A DNA stretch of 64,000 nucleotides from Alphaproteobacteria bacterium (GCA_049601975.1 JBMYRC010000002.1:18683-82682); one strand, 5' to 3'; shown: positions 10,267 through 21,423, numbered from the stretch's first letter. Numbers and translations are program-made. The notes: generated from the letters alone by a model not told the origin.

Positions 10267-11486
10267 TCAGTACTTTGACCGTGGCATAGGTAATAAACCA
10301 ATGCCGATCCTGGTCGCGATCGAGAAGGTTAGCGGCATCGCCAAGGCGGTAACAACCGCTGGAACATAATCATTTACATCGTCCCAGTTTATTTCCGAGA
10401 GGCTGCGCGCCATCATACAGACAACAAATAGGAGAGCCGGTACTGTTGCGTATGCTGGGACGCTCCCCGCTAACAGTGTGAAGTAGAGGCAACCGAGAGA
10501 CAAAACTGCGACGACGAAGGCTGTGAGACTGGTTCGCCCGCCTGCTCTAATGCCGGGGGCACCCTCGATATAGCTTGTCGTTGTCGATCTGCCGAGCGCC
10601 GCGCACGCAACGGTTGCCAAACTTTCTGCGAGTAAGGCGGAGCGTAGACGCGGCAACCGCCCGTGCTCGTCAAGGAGCCCGGCTCGGTGTGCGACACCGG
10701 TTAAACTGCCTGCGGTGTCGAACAAGTCGACGAACAGAAATACGAAGACTTAAGGATATCAGACCGAGTTCAAATGCCGCCGTGATATCCAGTTGCATGA
10801 ATGTTGGCGACAAGCTCGGCGGTGCGGAGACGATTCCGCTATACGTGCTGAGATCAATGAACGTTGAAAGAATGGTCGCCGTAATAATGGAAATCAGGAT
10901 GGCGCCCAGAACACGAAGGCGATCCATTGCGACCATCGCGAAGAAACCGAGGGCCGCGAAAAGTGCGGAAGGGGTGCCCAAATTACTAAGCTGCACTAAC
11001 ATGGCGGGACTATCGACGACAATTCCTGCATTGCGTGGGGCAATGATGGCGAGAAACATGCCGATCCCAGCCGGATATCGCCATTTTTTATGCACTGGGA
11101 ATGGCATTTACGATCCATTCGCGAACGGGTAGCACGCTCAACACTAGAAAGATCAGTCCGGAAAGAAAGACCACGCCGAGGGCGGTTTACCACGATTGTC
11201 TTAATTGACCGACAACTGTGTATGTAAAGAAGGCATTGAGTCCCATGTCGGGGGCCAGGGCTATTGGATAGTTCGCGAGCAATCCCATGAGCAAGCAAGC
11301 GATCGCGGCGGCAAGGCATGTCGCGACAAATGCGGCATCTCGATCTACACCGGCATCCGATAAAATGGCCGGGTTTAGGAAGACGATATAAGCCATAGTG
11401 AGAAACGTTGTGACACCGGCAAGTACTTCTTGGCTCAGCGTCGTGTCGTATTGGTATAGTTCAAAGTAACGCTCCAGTCCCCGCAT
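10267..11486 (-). pseudogene. NCS2/AzgA-family purine (adenine/guanine/hypoxanthine) permease, frameshifted
   Basis: One permease is split over three minus-strand frames. N-terminal part, 11486-11187: MRGLERYFELYQYDTTLSQEVLAGVTTFLTMAYIVFLNP... Middle part, 11107-10670: ..GMFLAIIAPRNAGIVV..GTPSALFAALGFF.. C-terminal part, 10725-10267: ..TTTSYIEGAPGIRAGGRTSLTAFVVA.. At least two frame changes. Confidence 0.85.
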
Positions 11487-11546
11487 GAAGATTCTCCCGA
11501 CAGCAGTTGTTGGGAATTGGTAAAGGTTTTTGTTAAACTTAGGACC

Positions 11547-11957
11547 ATGAAGAGCAAATTCACAGTGACACTCGGCCTCACGATAATTGTCGCCGCCGGC
11601 TTTGCGCAGGCGGCTGATACAAAAGCAAAAATCTCCGGGCGCGATTGCAAACGACTGATACAACATCAGGCGAGCGCGGACGTTAATTATAAGCCGGGTG
11701 TTGATGTTCGCGGTCGACGGGTTGCCGGCGCGGACGTGGCGGGCGGCATGAAGTTGAAGCTACCGAAAACTGTCGAATTCGACATTGCCTTTAATCCGCT
11801 GAAAGGAACCTCGGCCACCCGCTTCGGCGAGACCGCTTCCAGTGTTGGAAAAGTAAAATACGACATTTGGAAAAACGCTTTTACCTTCAATGGCGAGCCC
11901 ATGAACGATAAAGCCATGGCTGAGCTTGCCCGCAAATGCCGCGCCGCCGGCAGATAG
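11547..11957 (+). CDS. Hypothetical secreted/periplasmic protein (~136 aa)
   Basis: Track ORF 11517-11957. ATG 11547 gives MKSKFTVTLGLTIIVAAGFAQA|AD, a classic signal peptide with an AxA cleavage site. The mature part has two Cys. I recognise no family. Confidence 0.55.
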   Translation: MKSKFTVTLGLTIIVAAGFAQAADTKAKISGRDCKRLIQHQASADVNYKPGVDVRGRRVAGADVAGGMKLKLPKTVEFDIAFNPLKGTSATRFGETASSVGKVKYDIWKNAFTFNGEPMNDKAMAELARKCRAAGR

Positions 11958-12077
11958 CGCATGGTTGGCCCGATTATTAGGGCTATTGATGGACAAGAGA
12001 CTGCGTCTTTTCTAGATTGAAGCAGCCTTCCGTCACGCACACGTTGCGGGGCTCTTCCAGCGAGGTCCGAAATATTC

Positions 12078-13427
12078 ATGACTACCGATACAAGCAACGC
12101 CGTTCGTCTGTCGCAATTTTTCCTACCGACGCTGAAAGAGACGCCGCAAGAAGCGCAGGTCGTCTCTCACCGTTACATGCTGCGGGCGGGTATGGTCCGG
12201 CAGGCGAGCGCCGGTATTTATTCGTGGCTACCGCTGGGTTTCCGGGTCTTGAAAAAAATTGAACAGATTGTCCGTGAAGAGCAAAACTTAGCGGGTGCGC
12301 ACGAAGTCCTGATGCCGACGATTCAGTCCGCCGATCTATGGCGACAGTCGAAGCGCTACGAGGACTACGGAAAGGAAATGCTGCGGATTAAGGATCGTCA
12401 TGATCGCGACATGCTGTATGGGCCGACCAATGAGGAGCTTATTACCGAGATATTCGCGGCTTCCGTTCGAAGCTATCGTGACCTTCCATTGAACCTCTAC
12501 CATATTCAGTGGAAGTTCAGGGACGAAGTCCGCCCCCGGTTTGGTGTTATGCGGGGTCGTGAGTTCTACATGAAGGATGCGTACTCATTTGACTTAGATG
12601 CCGAGGCCGGGCGCGTCGCCTATAATAAAATGTTTGTCGCGTATTTGCGGACATATGCACGCATGGGATTGAAAGCTATCCCAATGCGAGCAGAGACTGG
12701 TCCTATTGGTGGCGATATGAGCCATGAATTCATCATTATGGCGGAGACCGGCGAGAGTGAAGTGTTTTGCCATCAAGAATTGCTCGACTACGACATTCTG
12801 GATGAAGACATCAACTTCAGCTCCGCAGAGCAAATCCAAGGATTCGTAGACCGGTGGACAGGGCAATACGCGGCAACGGACGAGATGCACGATAGCGCCC
12901 GGTTTGAGGCCGAGGTACCGGAGGACAAACGCGTCAGCGCACGCGGAATTGAGGTCGGCCATATTTTCTTCTTCGGCGATAAATATTCAATCCCCTTCGG
13001 TGCAGTGGTGACCAACAGTGAAGGTAAAGAGGTTCCAGTGCAGATGGGATCTTATGGGGTGGGGGTCTCACGGTTAGTTGGCGGCGTGATCGAGGCGTGC
13101 CACGATGATGACGGTATTGTGTGGCCGGAGTCAGTCGCGCCGTTCAAGGTTGGCTTGATCAACTTGCGCGTCGGTGACGATGCTTGTGACTCGGCATGTG
13201 AGGACATCTTCGCAAAATTGAACGCTGCGGGTACCGAGGTTCTCTATGACGACCGGGACGAGCGCGCCGGAGTGAAGTTCTCCGAGATGGATTTGATCGG
13301 TCTGCCCTGGCAATTGATCGTCGGGCCCAGGGGCGTAAAAGCGGGCGTCGTTGAGCTAAAGAACCGTGCGAGCGGCGAGCGTGAAGAGCTCAGTCTGGAT
13401 GCCGCCCTGAACCGTATCGCTGGTTAA
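12078..13427 (+). CDS. proS: Proline--tRNA ligase (short, alphaproteobacterial type)
   Basis: 449 aa. N-terminus ..[32 protein letters not shown].. Class II motifs ([25 protein letters not shown]). Confidence 0.93.
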   Translation: MTTDTSNAVRLSQFFLPTLKETPQEAQVVSHRYMLRAGMVRQASAGIYSWLPLGFRVLKKIEQIVREEQNLAGAHEVLMPTIQSADLWRQSKRYEDYGKEMLRIKDRHDRDMLYGPTNEELITEIFAASVRSYRDLPLNLYHIQWKFRDEVRPRFGVMRGREFYMKDAYSFDLDAEAGRVAYNKMFVAYLRTYARMGLKAIPMRAETGPIGGDMSHEFIIMAETGESEVFCHQELLDYDILDEDINFSSAEQIQGFVDRWTGQYAATDEMHDSARFEAEVPEDKRVSARGIEVGHIFFFGDKYSIPFGAVVTNSEGKEVPVQMGSYGVGVSRLVGGVIEACHDDDGIVWPESVAPFKVGLINLRVGDDACDSACEDIFAKLNAAGTEVLYDDRDERAGVKFSEMDLIGLPWQLIVGPRGVKAGVVELKNRASGEREELSLDAALNRIAG

Positions 13428-13431
13428 GGGG

Positions 13432-14676
13432 ATGTTCTCCGCGTTTGAAAGATTGATGGCTTTCCGCTATTTGCGGGCAAAGCGCCAAGAAGGCTTCATC
13501 TCAGTGGTCGCCTGGTTCTCCTTACTCGGCATCATGCTGGGGGTCGCTACGCTGATCATTGTTATGTCGGTGATGAATGGGTTTCGCGCCGAGTTGTTGG
13601 GGCGAATTCTTGGGTTGAACGGGCATTTGGAAGTTTCAGCCGCGCGCGGGACACTGCAGGGCTACGATGATTTAGCAAAAAAGATCCGGGCGATTAAAAG
13701 CATTGTAAACGCTGCACCTGTCGTCGAAGGACAAGTATTACTGTCAGCCAATAAGGTGTCTCGCGGTGCAGTCGCACGTGGCATGATGGCTGAAGATATA
13801 CGCGGTAAGCCATTGTTATTCGAAGGAATTAAGCAAGGAAGCCTTGACGGTTTCGACGCCGGGTCGGGTGTCTTGATCGGCAGCCGAATGGCGCAGAGGT
13901 TTCATCTTCGTCTTGGCGATCGATTGACGTTCATTGCACCGCGCGGCACGACGACCGCCTTCGGCACAATGCCGAGAATGAAGGCGTACAATATATCAGG
14001 CATCTTCGAAGTCGGGATGTCGGAATACGATTCCAGCTTTGTCTTCATGCCACTTGCAGCGGCGCAATCCTTCTTTCGGCAGAAGAATGGGGTCTCGCAT
14101 ATCGAAGTGTCTGCGGAACATGCGGATAAGATCGATACCGCGCGCAGTAAAATATTCGAGATGGCAGGGCCAACTGTTCGGGTGCGGGATTGGCGACAGG
14201 TTAATTCCACTTTCTTCACCGCGCTCAAGGTCGAGCGGAACGTCATGTTCCTTATTCTGACTCTCATCATCCTCGTGGCCGCCTTCAATATCATCTCAAG
14301 CCAGGTGATGTTGGTAAACGACAAGGGTAAGGGAATAGCGATCCTCCGTACGATCGGTGCGACGCGAGGGATGGTATTGCGTATCTTTTTCGTCACCGGG
14401 GCCAGCGTCGGGATAATCGGGACGGTCGCGGGCAGTATCCTCGGCATTACGTTTTCCTTGAATATCGAAAGCATTCGCCAAGGCGTTCAAAGTCTCGCCG
14501 GTGTCGATCTTTTCCAAGCCGAAATCTACTTTCTATCGCAATTACCGGCGAAGGTGGACGCGAACGAGGTGGTCCTGGTGATTGGGATGGCGTTGTTGTT
14601 GTCTTTCTTGGCCTCGATATATCCAGCATGGCGAGCGGCTCGCCTCGATCCCGTCGAAGTCCTTCGATATGAGTGA
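13432..14676 (+). CDS. Lipoprotein-releasing ABC transporter permease, LolC/LolE family
   Basis: 414 aa. MacB-like FtsX-type permease with a periplasmic domain between TM1 and TM2. Followed by lolD with an 8-nt overlap. Confidence 0.88.
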   Translation: MFSAFERLMAFRYLRAKRQEGFISVVAWFSLLGIMLGVATLIIVMSVMNGFRAELLGRILGLNGHLEVSAARGTLQGYDDLAKKIRAIKSIVNAAPVVEGQVLLSANKVSRGAVARGMMAEDIRGKPLLFEGIKQGSLDGFDAGSGVLIGSRMAQRFHLRLGDRLTFIAPRGTTTAFGTMPRMKAYNISGIFEVGMSEYDSSFVFMPLAAAQSFFRQKNGVSHIEVSAEHADKIDTARSKIFEMAGPTVRVRDWRQVNSTFFTALKVERNVMFLILTLIILVAAFNIISSQVMLVNDKGKGIAILRTIGATRGMVLRIFFVTGASVGIIGTVAGSILGITFSLNIESIRQGVQSLAGVDLFQAEIYFLSQLPAKVDANEVVLVIGMALLLSFLASIYPAWRAARLDPVEVLRYE

Positions 14677-15361
14677 CACCGTTCTCGAACTGCAAGGAGT
14701 CGACCGGACTTATCACCAAGCGGAAGAACGGTTGGACGTCTTAAAGGGCGTGGATCTGGCGCTTCATAAGGGGGAAATGGTAGCCCTTGTGGGGCCATCG
14801 GGGGCGGGTAAATCGACACTTCTGCATGTCGCGGGATTGCTGGAATATCCGGATGCGGGTGACGTATTCTTAGATGGTGCGTCCTGTGCTAAGCTTTCCG
14901 ATGATGCACGCACTGGTCTGCGGCGCACAAAGATTGGGTTTATCTATCAATTCCATCATTTACTACCGGAATTCTCGGCGTTGGAAAACGTGATGATTCC
15001 GCAAATGGTTGAGGGTAGGAGCCGCAGACAAGCGAGGGAATCGGCATCTGCATTGATCGAATCCGTCGGACTTACGACGCGTGCAACTCACCGGCCGGCC
15101 AAATTGTCGGGCGGAGAGCAACAACGGGTCGCGATAGCTCGGGCGCTGGCGAATTCCCCAGCCATTCTCTTGGCCGATGAGCCGACGGGCAATCTCGACA
15201 CTCACACGGCGGATGGCGTGTTTGGATTGCTGGAGACACTCGTTCGCCAGAGCGGACTTGGCGCGCTGGTCGCAACGCATAACCTTGATCTGGCAGATAG
15301 AATGGACCGTATCCTGAGGTTGGAGAACGGAACACTTCATGAAGGTGCGGCGGCCGCCTGA
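14669..15361 (+). CDS. lolD: Lipoprotein-releasing system ATP-binding protein
   Basis: Track ORF 14582-15361. Start moved to ATG 14669 ([15 protein letters not shown]). Walker [10 protein letters not shown], signature LSGGEQQRV, Walker B ILLADEP. Confidence 0.9.
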   Translation: MSDTVLELQGVDRTYHQAEERLDVLKGVDLALHKGEMVALVGPSGAGKSTLLHVAGLLEYPDAGDVFLDGASCAKLSDDARTGLRRTKIGFIYQFHHLLPEFSALENVMIPQMVEGRSRRQARESASALIESVGLTTRATHRPAKLSGGEQQRVAIARALANSPAILLADEPTGNLDTHTADGVFGLLETLVRQSGLGALVATHNLDLADRMDRILRLENGTLHEGAAAA

Positions 15362-15375
15362 GCCAGCAGAAAAAA

Positions 15376-15765
15376 ATGGCAACTTTTACATTCGACCATG
15401 TCCACTTGCGTAGCCCCGATCCGGAAGCGACGGCGGCATTTTATGAGAAAATGTTTGGTGCTGAGATTATCCGGACGGAACAGGGTGGAAAGCCGCGCCT
15501 CGATATGAACCTGTGTGGCCAGATGTTTTTCATCGCGCCAGTAGCACAAGATTCCGAAGTGGGAGCACCGCCCGCATCTCCCTATCAGGGCTTAGATCAT
15601 GTCGGTCTGACGGTCGATGGGATAGACAGCGTCGTTGCGGATTTAAAAATCAAAGGCGCCGATTTCACCATGGAGCCAACGACCATTCGACCTGGCGTGC
15701 GGATCGCCTTCCTCAGCGGCCCCGAAGGCGTGGCGATCGAAATTGTTGACCGCAACGCTCAATAG
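15376..15765 (+). CDS. VOC (glyoxalase/bleomycin-resistance/dioxygenase) family protein
   Basis: 129 aa. MATFTFDHVHLRSPDPEATAAFYEKMFGAE is a typical VOC N-terminus. Its 3' end overlaps the convergent greB by 7 nt. Confidence 0.75.
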   Translation: MATFTFDHVHLRSPDPEATAAFYEKMFGAEIIRTEQGGKPRLDMNLCGQMFFIAPVAQDSEVGAPPASPYQGLDHVGLTVDGIDSVVADLKIKGADFTMEPTTIRPGVRIAFLSGPEGVAIEIVDRNAQ

Positions 15766-16307
15766 ACAATCCGAACAACTTCGATCTCTTCGACGCCTGC
15801 CGGCGTTCTTAGAACGACGACGTCACCTTCACGGGCTTTGTGCAGCGCGCGGGCAATCGGGGATATCCAACTGACCTGACCTTGGTCTGAGCGAGCCTCG
15901 TCAACTCCGACGATGCGGATGGTGTTCTCATCTCCGTCGCTCGTCTCGTACGTTACGGTGGCGCCGAAGAAGATTTGCTCCAGGCCTTTCTGTCGCGCGG
16001 GATCGACGATTTCAGTGTTGTCCAATCGCTTCATCAGAAATCTCATCCGACGATCGATCTCACGCAGACGTTTCTTGCCGTAAATATAATCACCGTTCTC
16101 GGAACGGTCGCCGTTGCCCGCCGCCCACGAGACGACTTCGACGATCTTTGGCCGCTCTATATTCCGCAGTTCGCGTAATTCCGTGACCAACTGCATGTGG
16201 CCTTCGGGGGTCATGTAATTCTTGGAGCCGAGCGGCAGGGAGTCCGGCGCTTCGGGAAGGTCGTCATCCTCGTCGTTTTCGGATTCCTTCGTGAATGCTT
16301 TGCTCAT
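15759..16307 (-). CDS. greB: Transcription elongation (cleavage) factor, GreB-like
   Basis: 182 aa. The core ..WAAGNGDRSENGDYIYGKKRLREIDRRMRFL.. closely matches the GreB coiled-coil tip. There is an acidic N-terminal extension. Confidence 0.8.
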   Translation of the reverse strand: MSKAFTKESENDEDDDLPEAPDSLPLGSKNYMTPEGHMQLVTELRELRNIERPKIVEVVSWAAGNGDRSENGDYIYGKKRLREIDRRMRFLMKRLDNTEIVDPARQKGLEQIFFGATVTYETSDGDENTIRIVGVDEARSDQGQVSWISPIARALHKAREGDVVVLRTPAGVEEIEVVRIVY

Positions 16308-16312
16308 CGCAC

Positions 16313-17704
16313 CTATGCCGGTGGCACCGTCAATCCCAACAGTTTATCCGCTAAGTCTAAATCATCCAAATGCGCGCAAGTCGATATCAATTCCTCATAC
16401 TGTTCCGCTGGAATTGGGACGCCAGGTGTAATTTCGCGCATTCGATCGACGAGGCCATCGAAGTCGAAGATGAATTCCCGGCCCGTCGCCGCTTTTGTGA
16501 CGCTCCGACCATCTTTCAGGTGAATTGTGACCTGAGGCCCGAATAGCGTGTGACGATGCGAGGGTACAATGGTGACACGGTGCATCAGGTCCAACACTTC
16601 CGCAGGGTCTTCCTCACCGAACTTACGTTCGACGCATTTCAATAAGGGGAAAGAACGTCGCACCACGCCCCAGGCCGCATAATAGTGCGGGCTATCCGGG
16701 CGCGGTTCGCGGCTGCGCGACGGGAAGGCGGGACTTGGATATTCCGTCTCCAACCAGTTGACGACGGATTCAATACGTTCGACATTCTCGTAAACAATAT
16801 CGTGCTCCTCGCAAAGAGCCGCCGTCACATCGACATGAGCGATATTGAATCCGGGTGTTGAATAAATGCGATAGAGCGTCTCCAGAAACATCCAATCTTG
16901 GCCGAGGTCGGCCGTGATTTTATCGAGGCTCGTTTTATTATCAGCGGTGAAGCTATAGCGCAGAATACCGAGATTGTTGCCGGTATAGGAGTTATAGAAA
17001 CCGGCTTCCCCTTCCAATATGGTTTCGCCACCGGGTGCCCCATGTTTCGACATAGCGATGGCGAGGAGCGCGTTTCGAACAGCGCCCCCCTCGCGTAAGG
17101 CCCGGCCGCCGCTCCGAATCCCTTCGAGATTACCACTCGCTAGGTTGACACATTGCGCGATCGCACCGTGAATGATGTTGGCGTCTAGTTTCATGATCTT
17201 TGCCGCCGCGACCGCCGCACCGAAGATGCCGAAGACCGGACCGGAGTGAAAACCGCGCGACATAACGGTTGGTATGAAGTCAGAGGCCATGCGTTCCATG
17301 ATTTCGTAACCGGCCGCGACTCCGGTTAGGAACTCCTTGCCCGACGCACCGGTCGTCTCCGCCGCGACGAGGGCAGCAGGTAAAATCGCGCAACCGGGAT
17401 GCGTGAGCATACGGAAGGTATCCCATTTACCTCCGGCGAAGATTGTCTCTGCATTAACGAGGGCCGCTCCTGCCTTGGTTAATCGGGCACCGGTCACAAG
17501 GCATGTCGCCGCACCGCCGCCGCCGGCTTCCTCTTCTTGCATCATTGCCAATGCCTGTTGAGCTTCCGGCATTCTGTGGCCGATCAAGGCGGAGGAGAGC
17601 GCTTGCAGTGTCACGCCCTTGGCGCGGTCCAACACTTCTGGCGGTAGATCCTCAAACGTTAGTTCTTCGACCCAGGCCGATATCGTCCGGCTCATCGATG
17701 CCAT
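16313..17704 (-). CDS. MmgE/PrpD family protein (2-methylcitrate-dehydratase-like)
   Basis: Track ORF 16313-17755. Start moved to ATG at 17704 (MASMSRTISAWVEELTFEDLP...), the typical PrpD-family N-terminus. Confidence 0.8.
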   Translation of the reverse strand: MASMSRTISAWVEELTFEDLPPEVLDRAKGVTLQALSSALIGHRMPEAQQALAMMQEEEAGGGGAATCLVTGARLTKAGAALVNAETIFAGGKWDTFRMLTHPGCAILPAALVAAETTGASGKEFLTGVAAGYEIMERMASDFIPTVMSRGFHSGPVFGIFGAAVAAAKIMKLDANIIHGAIAQCVNLASGNLEGIRSGGRALREGGAVRNALLAIAMSKHGAPGGETILEGEAGFYNSYTGNNLGILRYSFTADNKTSLDKITADLGQDWMFLETLYRIYSTPGFNIAHVDVTAALCEEHDIVYENVERIESVVNWLETEYPSPAFPSRSREPRPDSPHYYAAWGVVRRSFPLLKCVERKFGEEDPAEVLDLMHRVTIVPSHRHTLFGPQVTIHLKDGRSVTKAATGREFIFDFDGLVDRMREITPGVPIPAEQYEELISTCAHLDDLDLADKLLGLTVPPA

Positions 17705-17949
17705 GCTTCTCTCCAATCCCGTGAATCTTTGCGCGCCAAGACCGCGGCCCGCCATAAAGCAATATTGTTTGATTGTGGTGTTGGGAAATCCTGCGCCCTT
17801 GATTTGGTTCCGAGATCACGAGTCGCGGGCGGCCAAAATTGATTTTGTAAAGATTCCGCGGTGTAACGCTGTATATTGTGTTTCTGTGGTCGCGAACCCG
17901 CTATATATTCATGGATATAAACTCAGCCACGACATGACATTATAACGAT

Positions 17950-20900
17950 ATGCCCCACGCCGAATTCGTTCATTTACGCACTCATTCCGCTTACTCCTTG
18001 TCTGAAGGCGCATTGCGCGTGAAGGATTTGATCGCGCTCTGCCAGCGCCACCGGATGCCGGCTGTTGGTGTCACTGATACCAATAACCTTTTCGGTGCGC
18101 TTGAGTTGTCGCTTGGCGCTCGCAGCGCAGGGGTACAACCGATCATCGGTGTACAACTCGGCTTGCGGCGAACGGATGCTGGAAATGGCGGCCGTCATAT
18201 ACACGCCGGGTTTTTACCACCCGATGAATTGGTGCTATTGGCGCAGTCGAAGAAGGGATACGAGAACATCCTTTCGTTGGTTAGTCAGGCTTTTCTCGAC
18301 TCTGATGCGGGCGAGCCGGCGCAAGTCGATATCGAAGACCTTCCGGGACGGAGCGAAGGGATCATTGCGCTGACGGGCGGCCCAAACGGTCCCGTTGGAC
18401 GCCTCATCGCGAATGGACAGGGGCCCGCCGCAGAAGAAGTGTTGATGCGCTTGGCTTCGATTTACGAGAACCGGCTTTACGTCGAATTAATGCGACATAA
18501 TTTGGAAGTAGAGAACCGGATTGAAGGTGATCTCATCGATCTCGCCTATCGTCATAACATACCATTGGTGGCGACCAATCAGGCATTCTTCGCCGACGAA
18601 AGCATGTACGAGGCGCATGATGCGCTTTTGTGTATCTCGCAGGGCGTGCCGATATCCAAACAAGATCGCCGCCGCGCCACGCCAGACCATCGTTTTAAGT
18701 CTGCGGAAGAAATGCGGGTTCTGTTCGCGGACCTGCCGGAAGCGATCAACAATACGTTAGTGATCGCGCAACGTTGCGCCTTCATGCCGGATACAAGAGC
18801 GCCAATTCTACCGGCGTACCCGCAATTAGATGGCAGAACGGAAGAGCAGGCGCTCCGCGATCTGGCGGAAGCAGGACTCGAGGCCCGATTATTAGATCAA
18901 GTCTACGGGGACGAGAGCGATCAAGCGAAAAGAGAAGAGCTGGCTGTGCCGTATCGCGAGCGTTTTGAATTCGAGCTCGGTGTTATCAATCAGATGGGAT
19001 ACCCCGGGTATTTCCTTATTGTTGCCGATTTCATTCAATGGGCGCGCCGTCACGATATTCCCGTAGGGCCTGGGCGCGGTTCCGGCGCGGGGTCTGTGAT
19101 CGCTTGGGCACTGACAATCACGGATTTGGATCCGCTTCGTTGGGGATTACTATTCGAGCGATTCCTCAATCCCGAACGGGTATCAATGCCGGATTTCGAT
19201 ATCGATTTCTGCCGGGACGGGCGCGACAAGGTCATCCGCTACGTGCAGAACGAATACGGGCATGATCGCGTCGCGCAAATCATCACTTTCGGTAAATTGG
19301 AAGCGCGAGCGGTGCTACGGGACGTCGGGCGCGTTTTGGAAATGCCGTATTCGCAAGTTGATCGCATTTCCAAACTGGTGCCCAACAACCCTGCAAACCC
19401 AGTGAAGTTGCAGGAAGCGATCGATGGAGAGCCAGCACTCCGCGAAATGCAGAGAGAGGATGAGAGCGTAGAGCGTCTGATTAACATGGCGTTGAAGCTG
19501 GAAGGTCTGTTCCGACACGCCTCGACGCATGCGGCGGGTGTGGTGATCGGCGATCGGCCTCTGGATCAGTTGGTCCCCCTCTATCGCGATCCGCGCTCCG
19601 ATATGCCCGTGACGCAATTCAATATGAAATACGTTGAGATGGCGGGTCTGGTGAAGTTCGACTTCCTTGGTCTCAAGACACTGACTGTTCTCGACAAGGC
19701 CGTCGACCTGCTGAAGGATCGCGATGTCGAGATCGACTTGGCGCATATCCCACTCGACGACAAGAAAACCTTCGACATGCTGTGCAAGGGCGACGCGGCT
19801 GGAGTGTTCCAGCTTGAAAGTTCCGGCATGCGGGATGTTCTGAAAAAGCTGCGACCCGACCGTTTTGAAGACATTATCGCCGTTGTGGCCCTCTATCGAC
19901 CAGGGCCGATGGACAATATTCCAAGCTACATCCGCCGCAAACACGGCGAAGAAGATATAGATTACCTCCACCCATTGCTGGAAAGCGTGCTGAACGAGAC
20001 GTACGGCATTGCGATCTACCAGGAACAAGTGATGGAGATTGCGCGTGTGTTGTCGGGTTATTCGCTCGGCGGTGCTGATTTGTTGCGTCGCGCGATGGGT
20101 AAGAAAATTCGGGCCGAAATGGAGGCTCAACGGAAGAATTTCATCGACGGTGCGGTTGAGAATGGTGTTCACAAGGGAACGGCCGCGGACATCTTCGTTC
20201 AGGTCGAGAAATTCGCCGGTTACGGCTTCAACAAATCCCATGCGGCGGCGTATGCGCTCGTGGCGTATCAAACGGCCTATCTGAAAGCGAATTATCCAGT
20301 TGAGTTTCTCGCAGCATCGATGACATTGGATGCTGGCAACACAGACAAGCTCGGACTCTTCCGGGTTGAATTGGAACGTCAAAAAATCCAACTTTTGCCA
20401 CCTGACATACAAAAATCAGATATCTATTTCTCAGTTGAGACATTGAACGAAGGTGAAACCGCCGTTCGATATGCACTATCAGCTGTAAAAAATGTCGGTG
20501 CTGCAGCGATGGAAGTATTGATCAACGAGCGCCAAGAGAATGGACCCTTTAAGGATTTATACGAATTCGCTGAACGGCTTGATGCGCAGGTCATGAACAA
20601 ACGCCAGATCGAGAATTTGGCTCGTGCCGGCGCCTTTGACACGGTTGTCCCAAACCGCCGTCAGGTATTTGAGGCGGTGGAGATGCTGGCTCGGCATACC
20701 CATGCCATGCAGAATGAACGGGAGAGCAATCAGGTCAATCTTTTCGGTGATGGATTCGGGGATCAAGCAAAACCACCGTTGCCTGATATCGACGACTGGT
20801 CGACGGAGGAACGCCTGCATCAAGAACAGGACGCCATTGGGTTCTATCTCTCCGCACATCCATTGGAATCCTATCGCCAAACACTGAACCGGTTAGGGGT

Positions 20901-21423
20901 GGTGGATTGGACTGATGTTCAGGCCGGTCGGGTGAGGGGAGGCCGTGTGACCATGGCGGGCATCGTTTCCGCCAGAAAATTCGTGAATTCGGCTCGTGGT
21001 GGCCGGTTGGCATTTGCGCAGATGTCGGATGCCAGCGGCTCTTATGAATTGATGGTTTTCTCTGAATTACTCTTCAAAAGTCGAGACCTCTTGGAATCCG
21101 GGACGCCATTATTAGTGTCAGTTGATGTGCAAAAGAAAGGCGACGACATTCGCCTGTCGGCAAACTCGATCCAGGCCTTGGATGAGGCGGCCATGGAAGC
21201 GGTGGCTGGTTTGAAGATATTCCTGCGGGATGTAGAGGCGCTGAAAAGCCTCTCCGGCGTTATGCATGAACATGGTGTTCGGGGTAGGGGACGCGTCAGT
21301 TTGGTCCTTGATCGTGACTTACGGGAAATAGAGATGGACTTGCCGCAGGGCTATCAGATTTCCGCGCCAATGCGCTCGGCGATCAAGTCCATTTCGGGCG
21401 TCGTCGACGTCGTTGATTTGTAG
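17950..21423 (+). CDS. dnaE: DNA polymerase III subunit alpha
   Basis: 1157 aa. PHP domain (FVHLRTHSAYSLSEGAL), polymerase core (GYPGYFLIVADFI, MPDFDIDF), OB fold at the C-terminus. Confidence 0.95.
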   Translation: MPHAEFVHLRTHSAYSLSEGALRVKDLIALCQRHRMPAVGVTDTNNLFGALELSLGARSAGVQPIIGVQLGLRRTDAGNGGRHIHAGFLPPDELVLLAQSKKGYENILSLVSQAFLDSDAGEPAQVDIEDLPGRSEGIIALTGGPNGPVGRLIANGQGPAAEEVLMRLASIYENRLYVELMRHNLEVENRIEGDLIDLAYRHNIPLVATNQAFFADESMYEAHDALLCISQGVPISKQDRRRATPDHRFKSAEEMRVLFADLPEAINNTLVIAQRCAFMPDTRAPILPAYPQLDGRTEEQALRDLAEAGLEARLLDQVYGDESDQAKREELAVPYRERFEFELGVINQMGYPGYFLIVADFIQWARRHDIPVGPGRGSGAGSVIAWALTITDLDPLRWGLLFERFLNPERVSMPDFDIDFCRDGRDKVIRYVQNEYGHDRVAQIITFGKLEARAVLRDVGRVLEMPYSQVDRISKLVPNNPANPVKLQEAIDGEPALREMQREDESVERLINMALKLEGLFRHASTHAAGVVIGDRPLDQLVPLYRDPRSDMPVTQFNMKYVEMAGLVKFDFLGLKTLTVLDKAVDLLKDRDVEIDLAHIPLDDKKTFDMLCKGDAAGVFQLESSGMRDVLKKLRPDRFEDIIAVVALYRPGPMDNIPSYIRRKHGEEDIDYLHPLLESVLNETYGIAIYQEQVMEIARVLSGYSLGGADLLRRAMGKKIRAEMEAQRKNFIDGAVENGVHKGTAADIFVQVEKFAGYGFNKSHAAAYALVAYQTAYLKANYPVEFLAASMTLDAGNTDKLGLFRVELERQKIQLLPPDIQKSDIYFSVETLNEGETAVRYALSAVKNVGAAAMEVLINERQENGPFKDLYEFAERLDAQVMNKRQIENLARAGAFDTVVPNRRQVFEAVEMLARHTHAMQNERESNQVNLFGDGFGDQAKPPLPDIDDWSTEERLHQEQDAIGFYLSAHPLESYRQTLNRLGVVDWTDVQAGRVRGGRVTMAGIVSARKFVNSARGGRLAFAQMSDASGSYELMVFSELLFKSRDLLESGTPLLVSVDVQKKGDDIRLSANSIQALDEAAMEAVAGLKIFLRDVEALKSLSGVMHEHGVRGRGRVSLVLDRDLREIEMDLPQGYQISAPMRSAIKSISGVVDVVDL

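Noticed and set aside
10186-10278. 30-codon plus-strand ORF (MSKERRISTRTRPQELKLWALLRSSARSVL) downstream of the SOS box and antisense to the permease 3' end
   Set aside because: It has no RBS and a highly basic, low-complexity sequence, and nothing supports it beyond the ATG. It is kept only as an alternative orientation for the SOS unit.
19315-20412. 365-aa ORF antisense to dnaE. Similar long antisense ORFs occur at 4535-5440 (301 aa), 6109-6969 (286 aa), 33184-33756, 41741-42442, 52632-53273 and 60074-60736.
   Set aside because: Each lies entirely inside a strongly supported conserved gene on the opposite strand. Their composition is Arg/His/Gln-rich, typical of shadow frames, and they lack RBS context. 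They are classic antisense shadow ORFs.
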